The notes under the pieces: model-generated
The model's input: the letters and a program-made list of their open reading frames with translations, nothing else
Told to the model about the DNA's origin: nothing
The model's database searches: none
Program-made: the position numbers and the translations under genes
DNA from: Mustelus asterias
Lineage: Eukaryota
NCBI RefSeq assembly: GCF_964213995.1
Contig: NC_135804.1
Span: 111,104,001-111,168,000 of the forward strand
DNA: 64,000 nt
Direction: 5' to 3'
In this document: one piece after another, positions 24,634 through 36,880 of the stretch
How the letters are laid out: each line of letters begins with the position of its first letter
How positions within the stretch are numbered: the stretch's first letter is position 1

Positions 24634-26209
24634 GTTAGTGTCCACATTAGCAATTAGGTCGCACATGGTTAGGCATGTGCGACCTAACTGTAGATTGGGA
24701 TCTACAGTTAGGTCGCATTGTAGATTGGGATTAATGTAGATTGGGATTAATACAAAAAGCAATGAGATACACAACATTTGGTAAAACTTTATGCAGCACT
24801 TTCTCCACACCAAGTTATCAGAATAGTGCATTTTTTCAAGAAACAATACAATTAAAGTACAATCATAAAATAAACATAATGTAAATAGGAGGCACAACGT
24901 GGCAAAATATTCAGTAAAGCAGATATATGTACTAAGCATGTGAAGTAACTGTGTACACTTTAAAAATAAATCTCTACATACATGAGAATTTAATGCAAAT
25001 GATGAGTTTCTCAAACGCATATTAGATTGCAGGCCACAGTACCGCCTTCACCTTGGCACACTTATAAATGCATTTAAATACAGTACACTATTGCAACATC
25101 ATACATGCCCTTCAGTTGCATTCTTAAATTTAAATCAGGGACACATATCTGACAACAAAATCTCTAATGCATTAATTTTTCCAGCAAACGAACTGCCTCT
25201 AAAAATACTGCCTTTTGGCTATAAAGACAAGCAAATACGTTTAAAAATGAAAAAAAAACTATATTGTCTTTTCACTGAATGAATATAGAATACAGCTGTA
25301 GCAGCTGCATCCTCCAACCTTCCCTTCACATCCTGTTATATTTATCTGAATAAGAAAAATTTAACTGGTGGTGATGTAGGAGAGAAAAAAAATGACAATT
25401 TTCTAATACTAATTTGAAAGGCATTAGATTTTGTTTAGAATCAGTGATTGAAGACTAGGACACATTTTGCAATATTACTGCAGTGATCCTTCCCCATAGG
25501 TGCATTAATTTTGAAAGAAAAAGATTCCCCATTTCAGATCATGTATCACAATGACTAAATAACAAACATCTTCAAAACTGTTAGTAAATCCTATTCTCTG
25601 GTAGGTCAAGGTCTTCAACTTAAGAATTGTAATTACAGTCAGTAATTTTTGTTTGGTGGACAGAGGCAAGTGCACATATAGCTGTCTTGTGGCCTTGCAT
25701 CTTTACTTAATTTCCTCAAATTGAAGTCACAATTCCCAAACAAGTAATAAATTAGCGATGCAAACCATCAATGTCCCCATGACAGAACTTACATTTCAAT
25801 CCAAGTTCTGGATAGGATGGCAAGGGTGGAGGACAAAATCAACTGAGGACATAAATTGTACTATGCCCATTTAAATGAAAGTGACTACCTAAATTTTTGT
25901 TAATTAGTAAATGGAAATTTAAAATACTAGAAAGTCATTCAGTAAAACAGATATGAAAGATTTAGACTGAAGAAGAGTTATGTTTGGGTCCCATTCTGAA
26001 TAGTGCAGATAAAAGCTACTATCTGCTTTAAGTGGATAACTGGAGATGTTTTAAGAACTAAGTCACGAGTTCATCCAAAAATTAGGTGTTTAAATGTAGA
26101 GTACAGGTCTTATAGGCCTACACCAAAAATACAAGTTAGTGTCCTACCTTCCATTTTCATAAGTAGCAAATAGAAATTTCAATTGAGCTCACTTTTAAAA
26201 GTTAAAAGA

Positions 26210-26590
26210 TAAACTCTCATTTACACCACACCTTCCATGTTCTCAATATGCTCCAAACCCTTCACATTCAATTAAATACTTTTGAAATATAGTCACTGTT
26301 GTTGTCAAACACAACATCCAAATCTGTACACAGCAAGGTCCTATGGTAGCTAGATAATCTGTTTCAGTGATCCTAGATAAGAGATAAATATGGGTCAGGA
26401 CACTGGAACTCTCAAACATTCATAGGATCTCTTACATCTATCCAAGAAGGAATAGGAGGCCTCAGTATAACATTTCATCAGAAAAACACCACCTCTACTA
26501 ATGCAGCACTCCCTCTACTAGTGTCAACCTGGATTTCATTCTGAAGTGGGATATGAACATATGGCTTTCCGATTCAAAAGCGAGTCTTAA
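26210..26590 (-). mobile_element. Old Deu-domain SINE (SacSINE1/AmnSINE1-like)
   Basis: tagtcactgttgttg...cacagcaag...gataatctgttt...gcagcactccctc matches the copy at 40930-41240. Confidence 0.6.
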
Positions 26591-27682
26591 CTTTAGAAGT
26601 GATAATAACAGTGCAAATGTGGAAATGGCAAGGCATCATAAAAGCCAGTATTATAACATACTTTGAGTATTTTTCCATTTACTGTGACATGAAGTCTTGA
26701 AGTCCCAACATTACAAATCTTTTAATCACTACTGCTGAAGCTAAACAAGTTCTAACCCCTAGGTGTACTGCAGCAATTGAATCATAAACATCAAGCTCTG
26801 GAAAGGCAGATGATGATTAAGGTTTTGCTTGTAAGCGATATGATCTGAAAACAATTGTGGCAAAGCTATTAGTAAGAATGGAGACATCCAGGAGTGACTT
26901 TAAAAGCTAGATTATCATCAAGATGCTCAAAGGACAAAGCAAAACAAGAAAGTGTTTATAAAAAGTCATCTGAACTCTTACGACATTGTGATACCCTTAC
27001 AATAGTCTCAAGAGTCCAATTTCAGAACTCAAAAATCGCATTGAATTTGTCAATATACCCGTGTCATGCTGACAATTACAGCATGTGGTGTAATACAAAC
27101 AAGTGGCATAGGTTCCAGTCTTTCTAAAGTGTCATTATGCAGTGCCCAGCCTTCATAAACATCTCAACATTTAGAAAATACGTACTGCTGGTAATGTGCA
27201 GCATATAGCTCAACAAACATACAAACATAGGGGCAATGTCAGTTCTGAAGTTACACATGGTGATAAAATGTGCAAGATGTCATGTATGAAGTATCATAAT
27301 ATTTATATTCGGCAGGGAAAGATCACTAGGGTTTGTGATTATACGATGAAACAAGTTAAAATGTGAATCCCATTCTTCAAACAATGCAACCAACCATTTT
27401 AAAACATTGTACTACAATTTAGATTATGGTTATAAACCAGGGTAAAAGCAAATGTTGATAGTCTTCTGAATCACATATTAAGAATATTGAGGCCACAGAG
27501 TCAATTCAGTAATGCAAATCCCCTCCAGTACAGTATATTGAAGCTACTAGCTTAGCACTGTCTATGGGGTGCTCATACCCTACATAAGAAGCACATACAA
27601 ATCTATCAATGGTTTCAGGGGCAGGGAGGGAAGTAATAATGGAGTGTAGTTCTTCAATTGAAGTAAAGTCTTCAACTAATCC

Positions 27683-27760
27683 TCATGAGGCAAGTCCAAG
27701 TAGGAATCCACCAACAAAACCCCCAGTGAGGACAATGTTCTTCTTAACAAACACAGTGAC
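27683..27760 (-). CDS. FUNDC2: FUNDC2 coding exon 5 (stop)
   Basis: CCCTACACAG acceptor. Encodes [25 protein letters not shown]. Total CDS 456 bp / 151 aa. Called FUNDC2 rather than FUNDC1 from FVKKN and synteny with CMC4/BRCC3. Confidence 0.94.
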   Translation of the reverse strand, partial: VTVFVKKNIVLTGGFVGGFLLGLAS

Positions 27761-28069
27761 CTGTGTAGGGGAGAACAAAATGATAGAACGGTTAGCATCC
27801 AATAGCATCTGCAGAGAACAAAGGACACCCTACCTCATGGAACAAGGCTGCAAGTTTAAACTGTTTCTAAAACAGTGATATTTAACAGTGCAAGCCATAA
27901 ATCTATCAGATTTACATTGTCTAGAGCTGTAATGAGTACTCACTACAGACTGCTAAATTTTGTTTTGGCAGCATTTAATCAAGCAAAGCTTAATGATCAA
28001 GTTTAATTAACAAAAATAAATCCTTCAAATATCAATAGGTTTAAAGTAGTTTCAGGAAGGGACAAGGAA

Positions 28070-29975
28070 CAAAGTGAGGATACTTAACTGGAAGAGGGCT
28101 AATTTCAGTGAACTAATAAAAGGATCTGGCTCAAGTGGATTGGAAACAAAGATTGATTAGTAAAACATTAACTGGGCCATGGGAGGCCTTCAAAGCAGAC
28201 ATAGTTCAAGTACAGAAGAGGCATGAGAAAAAGGAAGTTAAAGAGCAAGGTTTAACTACTAAATGAGTAATTTACTTTTGTCTTTGCAAAATGAGAGGAT
28301 GCTGGCAAAATCACAGTAAAGGAGAAGGTAGAAAAATTGGAGAGGATAAAAATATTTAAAGGGGTTTTTAAAAGGCTGGCAGAACTCAAAAGTGTAAGTC
28401 ATTTGATCCAGATGGGTGAATCCTAGGATGCTGAGGGAAGTAAAAGGAGTAATGACAAAGGCTTTTGTCACAGTCTTTCAATCCTCCTTAGATATGGAAG
28501 TGATGTCAGAAGACTGACAACTACAAGCCAGTTAACCCATTTGTCAGCAGTAGAGTAGGGAAACTTCTAAAGACAGTATTCACAGACACCGTCACCCAGA
28601 AACACATGGGTTGATAAATGGCAGCCAGTGTGAATTTGATACGGCAAATCAGGTCTGACGAACTTGATTGAGTTCTTTGATGAAGTAACAGAGGGGGGAG
28701 TGCTGTTAATGTGCATTTGAAATTTCACAAAGGTTTTTGACCAGATACCACATAATTGACTTGTTAGCAAATTTAAAATTCATTGGGTCAAAGGAGCTGT
28801 GGCTGTGTGGATACAAAAGTTTTAAAATTTATTTGTGTCACAAGTAGGCTTACATTAACACTACTATGAAGTTACTGAGAAAATCCCCAAGTCACCACAC
28901 TCTGGCACCTGTTCGGGTACACTGAGGGAGAATTTAGCCAATGCACCTAACCAGCATACCTTTTGGACTGTGGGAGGAAACTGGAGCACCCGGAGGAGAC
29001 CCATGAAGACACGGGGAGAAAGTGCAGACACCACACAGACAGTGACCCAAGCCAGGAATCGAACCCAGGTCTCCGTGAGGCAGCAGTGCTAACCACTGTG
29101 CCACCATAAAGCAGAGTAGTAGCAGATGGTTGTTTTTCCAGGCTAGAGCCAAGTAGAGTTATGTTCCCTAGGGTTCAGTAATGGGGTTACTGATCTTTTT
29201 GATGTAGATTAATCACCTGGATTTGGGTGTAATTTCAAAGTTTGCAGATGACACAGAATTCTGAAATGTAAACAGCAAGGAAAGTAGCTGACTTTAGGAA
29301 GTGGAAACTAAAGTCTGACATAGAGGGATCTGCACGTATAGGTCCATGGATCCCTGAAGGTGGCAGCATAGGTGGCTAAGGTGATCAAGAAGGCATACAG
29401 CATGCTTGCTTTCATCGGCTGGGGCAGAGTATAAAAGTTGGCAAGTTATGTTATAGCAATATAAAACCTTAGTTCGGCCACGTTGGCAGTTCTGGCACCA
29501 CATCACCATAAGGACGTGACTGCTTTGGAGAGGGTGCAAAGAAAGTTTACCAGGACATTGCTTGGTCTGAAGGGTTTTAGGTATGAGGAGAGGTTGGATA
29601 AACTCAGATTGTTTTCACTGTTAAGACGGAGGCTGAGGGGCAACCTGACAGAAGTCTACAAAATTATGAGAGGCATAGATAGGATAGTCAGAGGCTTTTT
29701 CCCCAGGGTGGAAGGGTCAGCTACAAGAAGGCACAGGTTTAAGGTGACAAGTGGTGAGTTTAGGGGGTAGGATGTGCGGGGAAAGTTTTTTTTTACACAG
29801 AGGATGGTGGGTGCCTGGAATGCACTGTCAGTAGAGGTGATGGAAGTAGGCAAGTTAGCAATGTTCAAGGTATATTTTGACACACGAAGTCTGACATAAA
29901 TGGAAGGCAAAGGGGGATAGAAACCGCATATCGGCGCAGGCTTGGTGGGCTGAGGGGCCTGTTCCTGTACTTTGT
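28070..29975 (+). mobile_element. Decayed CR1 fragments with SINE insertion at ~28825-29107 (-)
   Basis: LIEFFDEVT, KFADDT and ALERVQRKFTR motifs. HE1-type SINE core on the - strand. Confidence 0.85.
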
Positions 29976-31132
29976 CCTTTGTAAAGTGAATGTGAAAGTG
30001 TGCAAAATGGACATGTTACTGGAGGACTAGCAATGCACTTGAAATAGGTATTGTAGCATGAAGTTAGGAAATGTAAATGTCACCAATGTCCCAGAGGACC
30101 ATAGGCTGCTCTCCCCTTTTGAGAAAGAGCTGACTGGTGGTGATTTAACCTGAGGGTCACCAGTATGATCAAGAGAAAAGGGGAGTAACCGGAAAAAGAA
30201 AACATCAAATCTCTACTGTCCTCAATTACTGTGGGGTAGGAGAAAGAGTTTTAAAGAATTAGTTGGAGTTAGTGTTTACTAATTGTCTGTCAACATGATG
30301 TCATCAAGTTAAAAAAGGCTGTTAGAAATGTACTGGCACATATTGCTCACTATGATACTTGTACCTCAACTATATGTGTTCCAGATTTTTTGCATTTAAA
30401 ATATATTTAATACATAATAGCAATTTACTCAAATCTTCCTATGGGATAAATATGTTCACTGTTGTTTCTGTACTCATATTGCACAGGAAACATATTTATA
30501 GCTTCCCCCTCAACACTGACTGTGGCTGTCTCCATTTACACCACAAATATGGCATCACATTTTCCACAGTTTCTTTTTATATAACTGCTTCGCACATGCA
30601 GGAAAACATCCAAGTATTTAAATGCAGTGGGACACTAGACAGGAGATATTTAAAAGGGTCAGGAACTGTTTGAAGGGAGATCGATTGACAGATTAAGAAT
30701 TATTTTTAGCAAGCTCAAGAGGAAGGTGAGCTTACAGGGCAAAGTGGTCTCAGAAAAGATTATACAATTAAAGCAGCTTAATGTTGAAACAAAACTTAGA
30801 TATTCAGGCAGTAATTTAAAGAAATAACACTGCTCTTACAGAAACAAAATAAACTAGTTGTCCAGCTTTGGCAAAGACACCATTTTGAAATCAGGAATCT
30901 AAAAGCCATTGCTGCCTACTAGGTATGGCACAAAATTACAGCAACCTATAGATTTTTTCATCTTTAGTTTAGGAGTCACTTAAACCAAAACTAAAGAATG
31001 CAGCTTCATTGATAAGGTGAAATTGAAAACAAGTGCCAAGAGAATCAATTGTTTTTAACCATTGACTTTTATTTACTTAATAAGACTGTGCTGCATTAAC
31101 ATAAGTATACCACTCTGTCATCATCTCCTTAC

Positions 31133-31261
31133 CTCATCAACTGCACCATGTATTTCTGGAGTAACCTTATTCTTGCCCATTTTCAACTGTTTCTTTGCTT
31201 TGTTCACATCCCTCTCCACTCGCTTCCAGTCAATAGTGATATATCCTGTGTGATTGGCAAT
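31133..31261 (-). CDS. FUNDC2: FUNDC2 coding exon 4
   Basis: TTTTTTACAG acceptor. 129 bp encoding IANHTGYITIDWKRVERDVNKAKKQLKMGKNKVTPEIHGAVDE. GTAAGG donor. Confidence 0.96.
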
Positions 31262-31675
31262 CTGTAAAAAAGCGAGAGTATCACCAAATCCACCTAATGG
31301 GGAGGCTTTAACTATCATTACTTCTCACAGGGTTCAGTGTTAAAGAATTTCCTAGTGGATAAGTACACTATTTGGTTCTGAATCATGAGAAAAGCTTGCT
31401 TTTTGCCATAGAATATTGTCAATATAGTTGGTCTCTTCCTCCCCTACCAAGTGAAACAAGGACATGTTCTTAGGACGTTGTTTTTCACCATTTCCACAGC
31501 AGAAGCGAATGTAGACCCTTTCTCACTTGTATTCTGGAAACTGGATTAATTTCTCTGCTCAACAGCATTCAATCTGCTATCTCCTCTTGGGATAGGGAAT
31601 AGCATAAACACTATATATAGGCCTACAGGTTGATAAACACAGGCACGCAAAATCACAGTGCAACAGGACATTCAC

Positions 31676-31978
31676 GGGCGGCACAGTGGTTAGCACAGCT
31701 GCCTCAGAGCGCCAGGGACCCGGGTTCAATTCCCGGCTTGGGTCGTTGTACGTGTGGGGTTTCCACGTTTTCCCCGTGTTTCCTCCGGATGCTCTGATTT
31801 CCTCCCACAGTCCAAACATGTGGGGGTTAGGTGGATTACCCATGCTAAATTGCCCCTTAGTGTCAGGGGGCTAGCTAGGGTAAATGCATGGGGTTATGGG
31901 GATAGGACTTGGGTGGGATTATAGTCGGTGCAGACTCGGTGGGCCAAATGGCCTCCTTCTGCAATGTAGGATTCTGTG
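31676..31978 (+). mobile_element. HE1/V-SINE-type SINE
   Basis: gggcggcacagtggttagcacagctgcc head, conserved core and CR1-like tail. Confidence 0.9.
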
Positions 31979-32264
31979 AGATCTGGACAAGATCAGCTTT
32001 AATTGCCCAACAACTGCACTTGAGAAAGTGGTAGTGAAGGTGCTCCCACAATGATGTTGGGTAGGGAGTTCCAGGATTTTGACTGAGTAATAATGAAGAA
32101 AGAGCAATTTCTTTCCAAGTCAGGATAGTATGCGACTTGGAGGAGAACTTGTAGGTAGCGGTGTTCCAATGCTCCCGCTGCGTAGGTGGTAGTGTTTGCA
32201 GAGCTGAAAGGTCACTAATGAAGCAGCTGAGAATTAATTGAGCCTATGACACTGCCATTGAATC

Positions 32265-32533
32265 CCTTCAGTGCAGAAAGAGGCAATTCAGCTCATCGAG
32301 TCTGCACCAACTCTCTGAAAGAGCATCCCACCCAGACGCTCCCCTCTGGCCTATCCCCATAACCCCACGCATTTGCCATGGCTAATCCACCTAACCTACA
32401 CATCTTGGGACACTAAGGGGCAATTTAGCATGGCCAATCCACCTAATCTGCATATCTCTGGACTGTGGGAGGAAGCCACAGTACCAGGACGAAACCCACA
32501 CAGGCACAGGGAGAACATGCAAACTCCTCACAG
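32265..32533 (-). mobile_element. HE1/V-SINE-type SINE (5'-truncated) within an older LINE fragment
   Basis: ggactgtgggagg and caatttagcatggccaatccacctaa on the + strand. Confidence 0.85.
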
Positions 32534-32839
32534 TTATCTCTGAGGAGATTCTGCAGAAATATCCTGGAGCTGAGATGATTATCATCCCCAAACTTCCTTC
32601 GCGCTTCATCCAGCCAGTGGGAACTTTCCCCAATTCTCATTGACCTCAGTTTTGATGCCACACTCAATCAAATGCTATCAGTCAGCTCTTTCACCCACAT
32701 TTGGACCAGAGGTAAAATAAAAGCAAAATACTGAAATAAAGACAAAGTGCTGGAAAAACCCAGCAGGAATTAAGAGTTGTGAACCTGTGGAATTTTCCAT
32801 CACAGAAAGCTGTTGTTGGGGCTAGTTCCTGAAAGAAGT

Positions 32840-33185
32840 TTATAAAATTATGAGAGATATAGATAAGATGAACAGTTGGAAGCTTTTTTCCAGGGCAGAA
32901 ATGACAATTACAAGGGGGCACAAGTTCAAGATAAAAGGGGGGCGGGGGGAGAGTTCAGTGGAAATGTGTGGGGAAAGTTTTTTTTTACACAGAGGGTGTG
33001 TGGGGGCCTGAAATGCACTGCCAAGTGAGGTGGTTGAGGCAGTTACGTTAGCCACATTTAAGACTTATCTTGATAGACATACGAACAAACAAGGAATAGA
33101 GGGATAATAGCAATTGTCTAGATAGGTAAACATGATCACCACAGGTTTGGAGGCCAAAGGGCCTGTTCCTCTGCTGTTCTTTGTT
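32840..33185 (+). mobile_element. CR1 3' fragment nested in a Penelope-like end
   Basis: EVYKIMR..FFTQR..LPSEVVEA coding remnant and tail. It splits the family-2 terminus (32715-32767 / 33186-33240). Confidence 0.85.
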
Positions 33186-34335
33186 AGCAGCTCCAGTGGA
33201 GAAAGAAACAAAATTCAAGTCCAATATGACTCTTCTGAGAGATAGATGTGGTCAGTTTTATGCTATTGCAAAAGGGGCAGGTGGAGCAAAAGAGAAAGTC
33301 AATGATAGGTTAGAGGGTAGAGAAGGTTAAATGACAAAGATATCATTGGACTAGGGGCAAAGGGAGTGCCAATGAAGGTATTAAATAAACAAAGGCGTGG
33401 TCCAGAGTAGGTGCGAATAGCAGAATAAAAGGTCAGTGCTGTCTGAAAGCAAAACATGAGATGTAGATATATCTCGGCACTTAGGGAGAATAAATTCATA
33501 ATGGAGGACAGAGTGCATGGTCTCAAGTTGTTGAACTCAATGTTGAGTCCCGAAGGCTGTAAAAGTGCCTGGTTGGAAGAGGAGGTGTTGTTCTTCTAGC
33601 TTGCGATGGGCTTCACCGGAATGCTATAGCAGGCCAAGTACAGAAATGTGAGCATGAGAGCAGGATGGTCAGTTTAAACGGCACGCAATTGGAAGGTTGA
33701 GGTCATGCTTGCGAGCTGGAAGAAAATGTCCCTCTAAGCAGTCACCCCAGTCTGCATTTGGTCTTCCCACTATAGAGGAGACTGTATTGTAATCAGTGGA
33801 TACAGTAGATTAGATTAAAAGTACACAAAAATCACTGGTTCCCCTAGAAGGAGTGCTTGGGGCCTTGGACAATGAGAAGACATAAAGGGGCAGGTGTTAC
33901 ACCTCCTGCAATTGCATGGGAAGGTACTATGGGGACAAAATGAGGTGTTGGAGTGATAGAAGAGTGGACCACTGTGTCATGGAGGGAATGGACCCTTCGA
34001 AATGCTGATTGGGAGAGGAGGGGAAGAGGTGTTTGGTGGTGGCAGCATGCTAGAGTTGGCAGAAATGGCAGAGGCAGTGAAATGGGAATCCTATCATGTG
34101 TCTGAGGGGGGAAAACAAGAGGTGAGGGCAGAAGTGTGGAAATGAATTGGACACAGTCGAGGGTCCTATCGATCACAGTGGGGGTGTGGGGATCCTTTGT
34201 TGAGGGAAAGGCAGACATGTCAGAAGTGCCGTGGAAGATAGCATCATCAGAACAGATGCAACAGAGATGTAGAAACTGGGAAAATGGAATGGAATACTTA
34301 TAGGAAGCAAGGTGTGAGGTGTAGTCAAGGCATCT
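33186..34335 (-). mobile_element. Decayed Penelope-like element (RT C-terminus, GIY-YIG remnant, terminus)
   Basis: LDYTSHLASYKYSIPFSQFLHLCCICSDD resembles the PLE RT thumb region. Degenerate GIY-YIG near 33740-33830. Confidence 0.75.
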
Positions 34336-34672
34336 TTTAAAGACAATAAGTGAATGAATTGCATACTTTTCATACACAGTCAGTGATGAACTAATGAATA
34401 TGCTTTAATTGGTGCAAGTGTTTTCATTTACTTGTTTGTTGACTATCAGTCCAAATCCACCCATTGTTCTTTTATTTTTTACAGGATTAAATTCCTAGAC
34501 CAACAAATATATATTAGCCCCAAAATATGCATGGATCATGATAGACCACTGCCAGTTTGTGTATTGACTCAGCTTTTCAGGCCCTCTCCACAGCTGTACG
34601 CTCTTTCTGAAGTCTGTCATTCCATCAGTCACAGAAGGTACTTGATTTACCAATTCAATGACAGAGTCTCAC

Positions 34673-34748
34673 CTGGAGCAAGAAGAAGCCTCCACCGACC
34701 GCTGTTGCAGCTAATTTTCCAACCTTCTGAAACAGGAACCCTGCACAC
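34673..34748 (-). CDS. FUNDC2: FUNDC2 coding exon 3
   Basis: TTTTGCAG acceptor. 76 bp encoding (W)[31 protein letters not shown] donor. Confidence 0.96.
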
Positions 34749-35391
34749 CTGCAAAACAGAAGTGGAAGAAAAATTACAAACAGATGGAGAAAACGATAGA
34801 GTTATTCACCTCTTCCAAAAAGAAACTTCATTATATTTTAGATTCAGTTGACAATGGAGGGCTTCTTGTACAAGTTATTTTGTAAAGTAACTAGGGACTG
34901 TATATTGCAGTTGGATACAAAATTGAAAATGAATCTGAATGCAGCTTAGACTAATAGTATGAAAGGGTTAGGAAATAAGGACCCTGGGTGAAATGAATTC
35001 AGCAGAAACAGCCTAGTTCCTATAGACCATGAATCCACACCAACTATCCAAAGGTTTGCACAAATTTGAAGCCTCACTCAAGAGCTCATAAGGATGGCTG
35101 CTAAAGTAGGTGATTGAGGCTGAAATTATCAGAGTATTGGGCACTTGACCAATGCTTACACCTAATGCAAAAAGTATTGAACCTACCACTCTTCAACTTG
35201 AGGTTTGGAATCTGTTCCAAGTACTTACACAAATGAAATCCGGCAGGAGCATACCAGTAATTAGAAGTGATTTAAGGAACAGTCAGTGACTCTCAAATGG
35301 GAATGTGGAATCTGTGTTTAATTAAATTTCTCTTTCTCATCTATTCAGCTAACCAAAAACTATTTGAACTACTTTGATCTTCATGTGCCAC

Positions 35392-35645
35392 CGGTGGCAG
35401 AGTGGTTAGCACCGCTGCCTCACAGCCCCAGGTTCAATTCCCGGCTTGGGTCACTGTCTGTGTGGAGTTTCCTCCGGGTGTTCTGATTTCCTCCCACAGT
35501 CCAAAGGTGTGCAGGTTAAGTGAATTGGCCATGCTAAATTGCCCCTAAGTGTACCCGAACTAGCACCGGAGCATGGCAACTCTCTTCACTGTAACATCAT
35601 CACAATGTAAATGTAAGTCTACTTGTGACTAATAAATAAACTTAA
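35392..35645 (+). mobile_element. HE1/V-SINE-type SINE, alternative-tail subfamily
   Basis: SINE head and core, with tail aatgtaagtctacttgtgactaataaa shared with the 13280 and 28825 copies. Confidence 0.85.
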
Positions 35646-36068
35646 CTTTATTGATGCAGGTCACAATGGATGTGATACTCTAGACACTTTCTTCAATTTA
35701 CGTAGATTTAGACATGATACTTTATTACATTTGCAATCCATTCACAGGGATATTGCAGTGGAATGGAAATCTCTCATTTTACTTCACCATCAGAATGAAT
35801 TTGCATAGCTTCAGTCTCAATGTTTCCTGGAAAAGTAACTTCACCTGACAACAATGATACTTCTTCACGGTTAGTGTTTGTTAATCTGCTCACCACACAA
35901 CATGAGTTTTCAAATACAATCTGAAACATCATAACTGTATCCTGATACATGTGACAGTAATAAATCAAATCAACATTTGCCCACTCTCCTCATTCAAATT
36001 ACAATACCCCCCCAACAAGCAGAAAAATACCCTCCGCTTAGGATCAATATTAAAACTTAAAAGCTCAC

Positions 36069-36225
36069 CAACCACTGGCTCCTCCAATCATCAGCTGGGT
36101 TGCAACTGTATATTTCTCAGCAATTGGTCCAGAATTTCTTCCAAAGAATCGGTTCCACCATCTTTGTCGTTTGGCATATTCAGCTAAATCCAACACCTCA
36201 AACTGCCCATTATCATTGCCCTGCT
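36069..36225 (-). CDS. FUNDC2: FUNDC2 coding exon 2
   Basis: TTTCTCTCCAG acceptor. 157 bp encoding (E)[51 protein letters not shown](W). GTGAGC donor. FUN14 family. Confidence 0.95.
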
Positions 36226-36619
36226 CTGGAGAGAAACAATAAGATCTCAGGTTTTCTTTTGCAGAGCATATCCAAATGTGTCATCCACTATCTGTGGTAT
36301 ATTCTTCTAAGCTGCACAGTCATCATTAGAATGACGGGGTGAACAGATAGCAACTCTGACAGCTGCTTTCCTCTCAAGGGGTTATTGGATGGACAGTCTT
36401 ATTGGTACAGAGAGCACCACTGCACATTTTGAACAATGGAAAGAAGTGCTATGTGATAATGTTACTCCTCTAGATAGCAGGTCTTAATTATTATGGCACG
36501 GTGTTCAGATTTAATACTTCCTGGAAAATCTGCATTTTTGGTTTGTAAGTTTACAAAATGCTGGTAAGATCATTTGACCTAGTGAATCTGACATCTTAGA
36601 AGGGAACAAAGAATATAGT

Positions 36620-36880
36620 AACTATCAACATCCTAGGGTTCCCACTGACCTGAAACAGAGCTGGACCAACCATACAAATGTTGCAGCTACGAGAGCAGGT
36701 CAGAGGCTGGGAATTCTGCAGACAGTAACTCACATCCTGACTCCTCAAAGCCTGTCTAGAAGGCACCATCTAGAAGGCACAGGACTCTCCACTTGCCTGG
36801 ATGAGTGAAACTCCACCGACACTCAAGAAGCTTGACACCATGCAGGACAAAGCACCCTGCTTGATTGGCACCTTCAACAC
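36620..36880 (+). mobile_element. Old LINE RT fragment (same family near 46300-46760, 32000-32250, 11370-11765)
   Basis: agagcaggtcagaggctgggaattctg...ctcacatcctgactcctcaaagcctgtc coding-like remnant. Clade not assigned. Confidence 0.5.
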
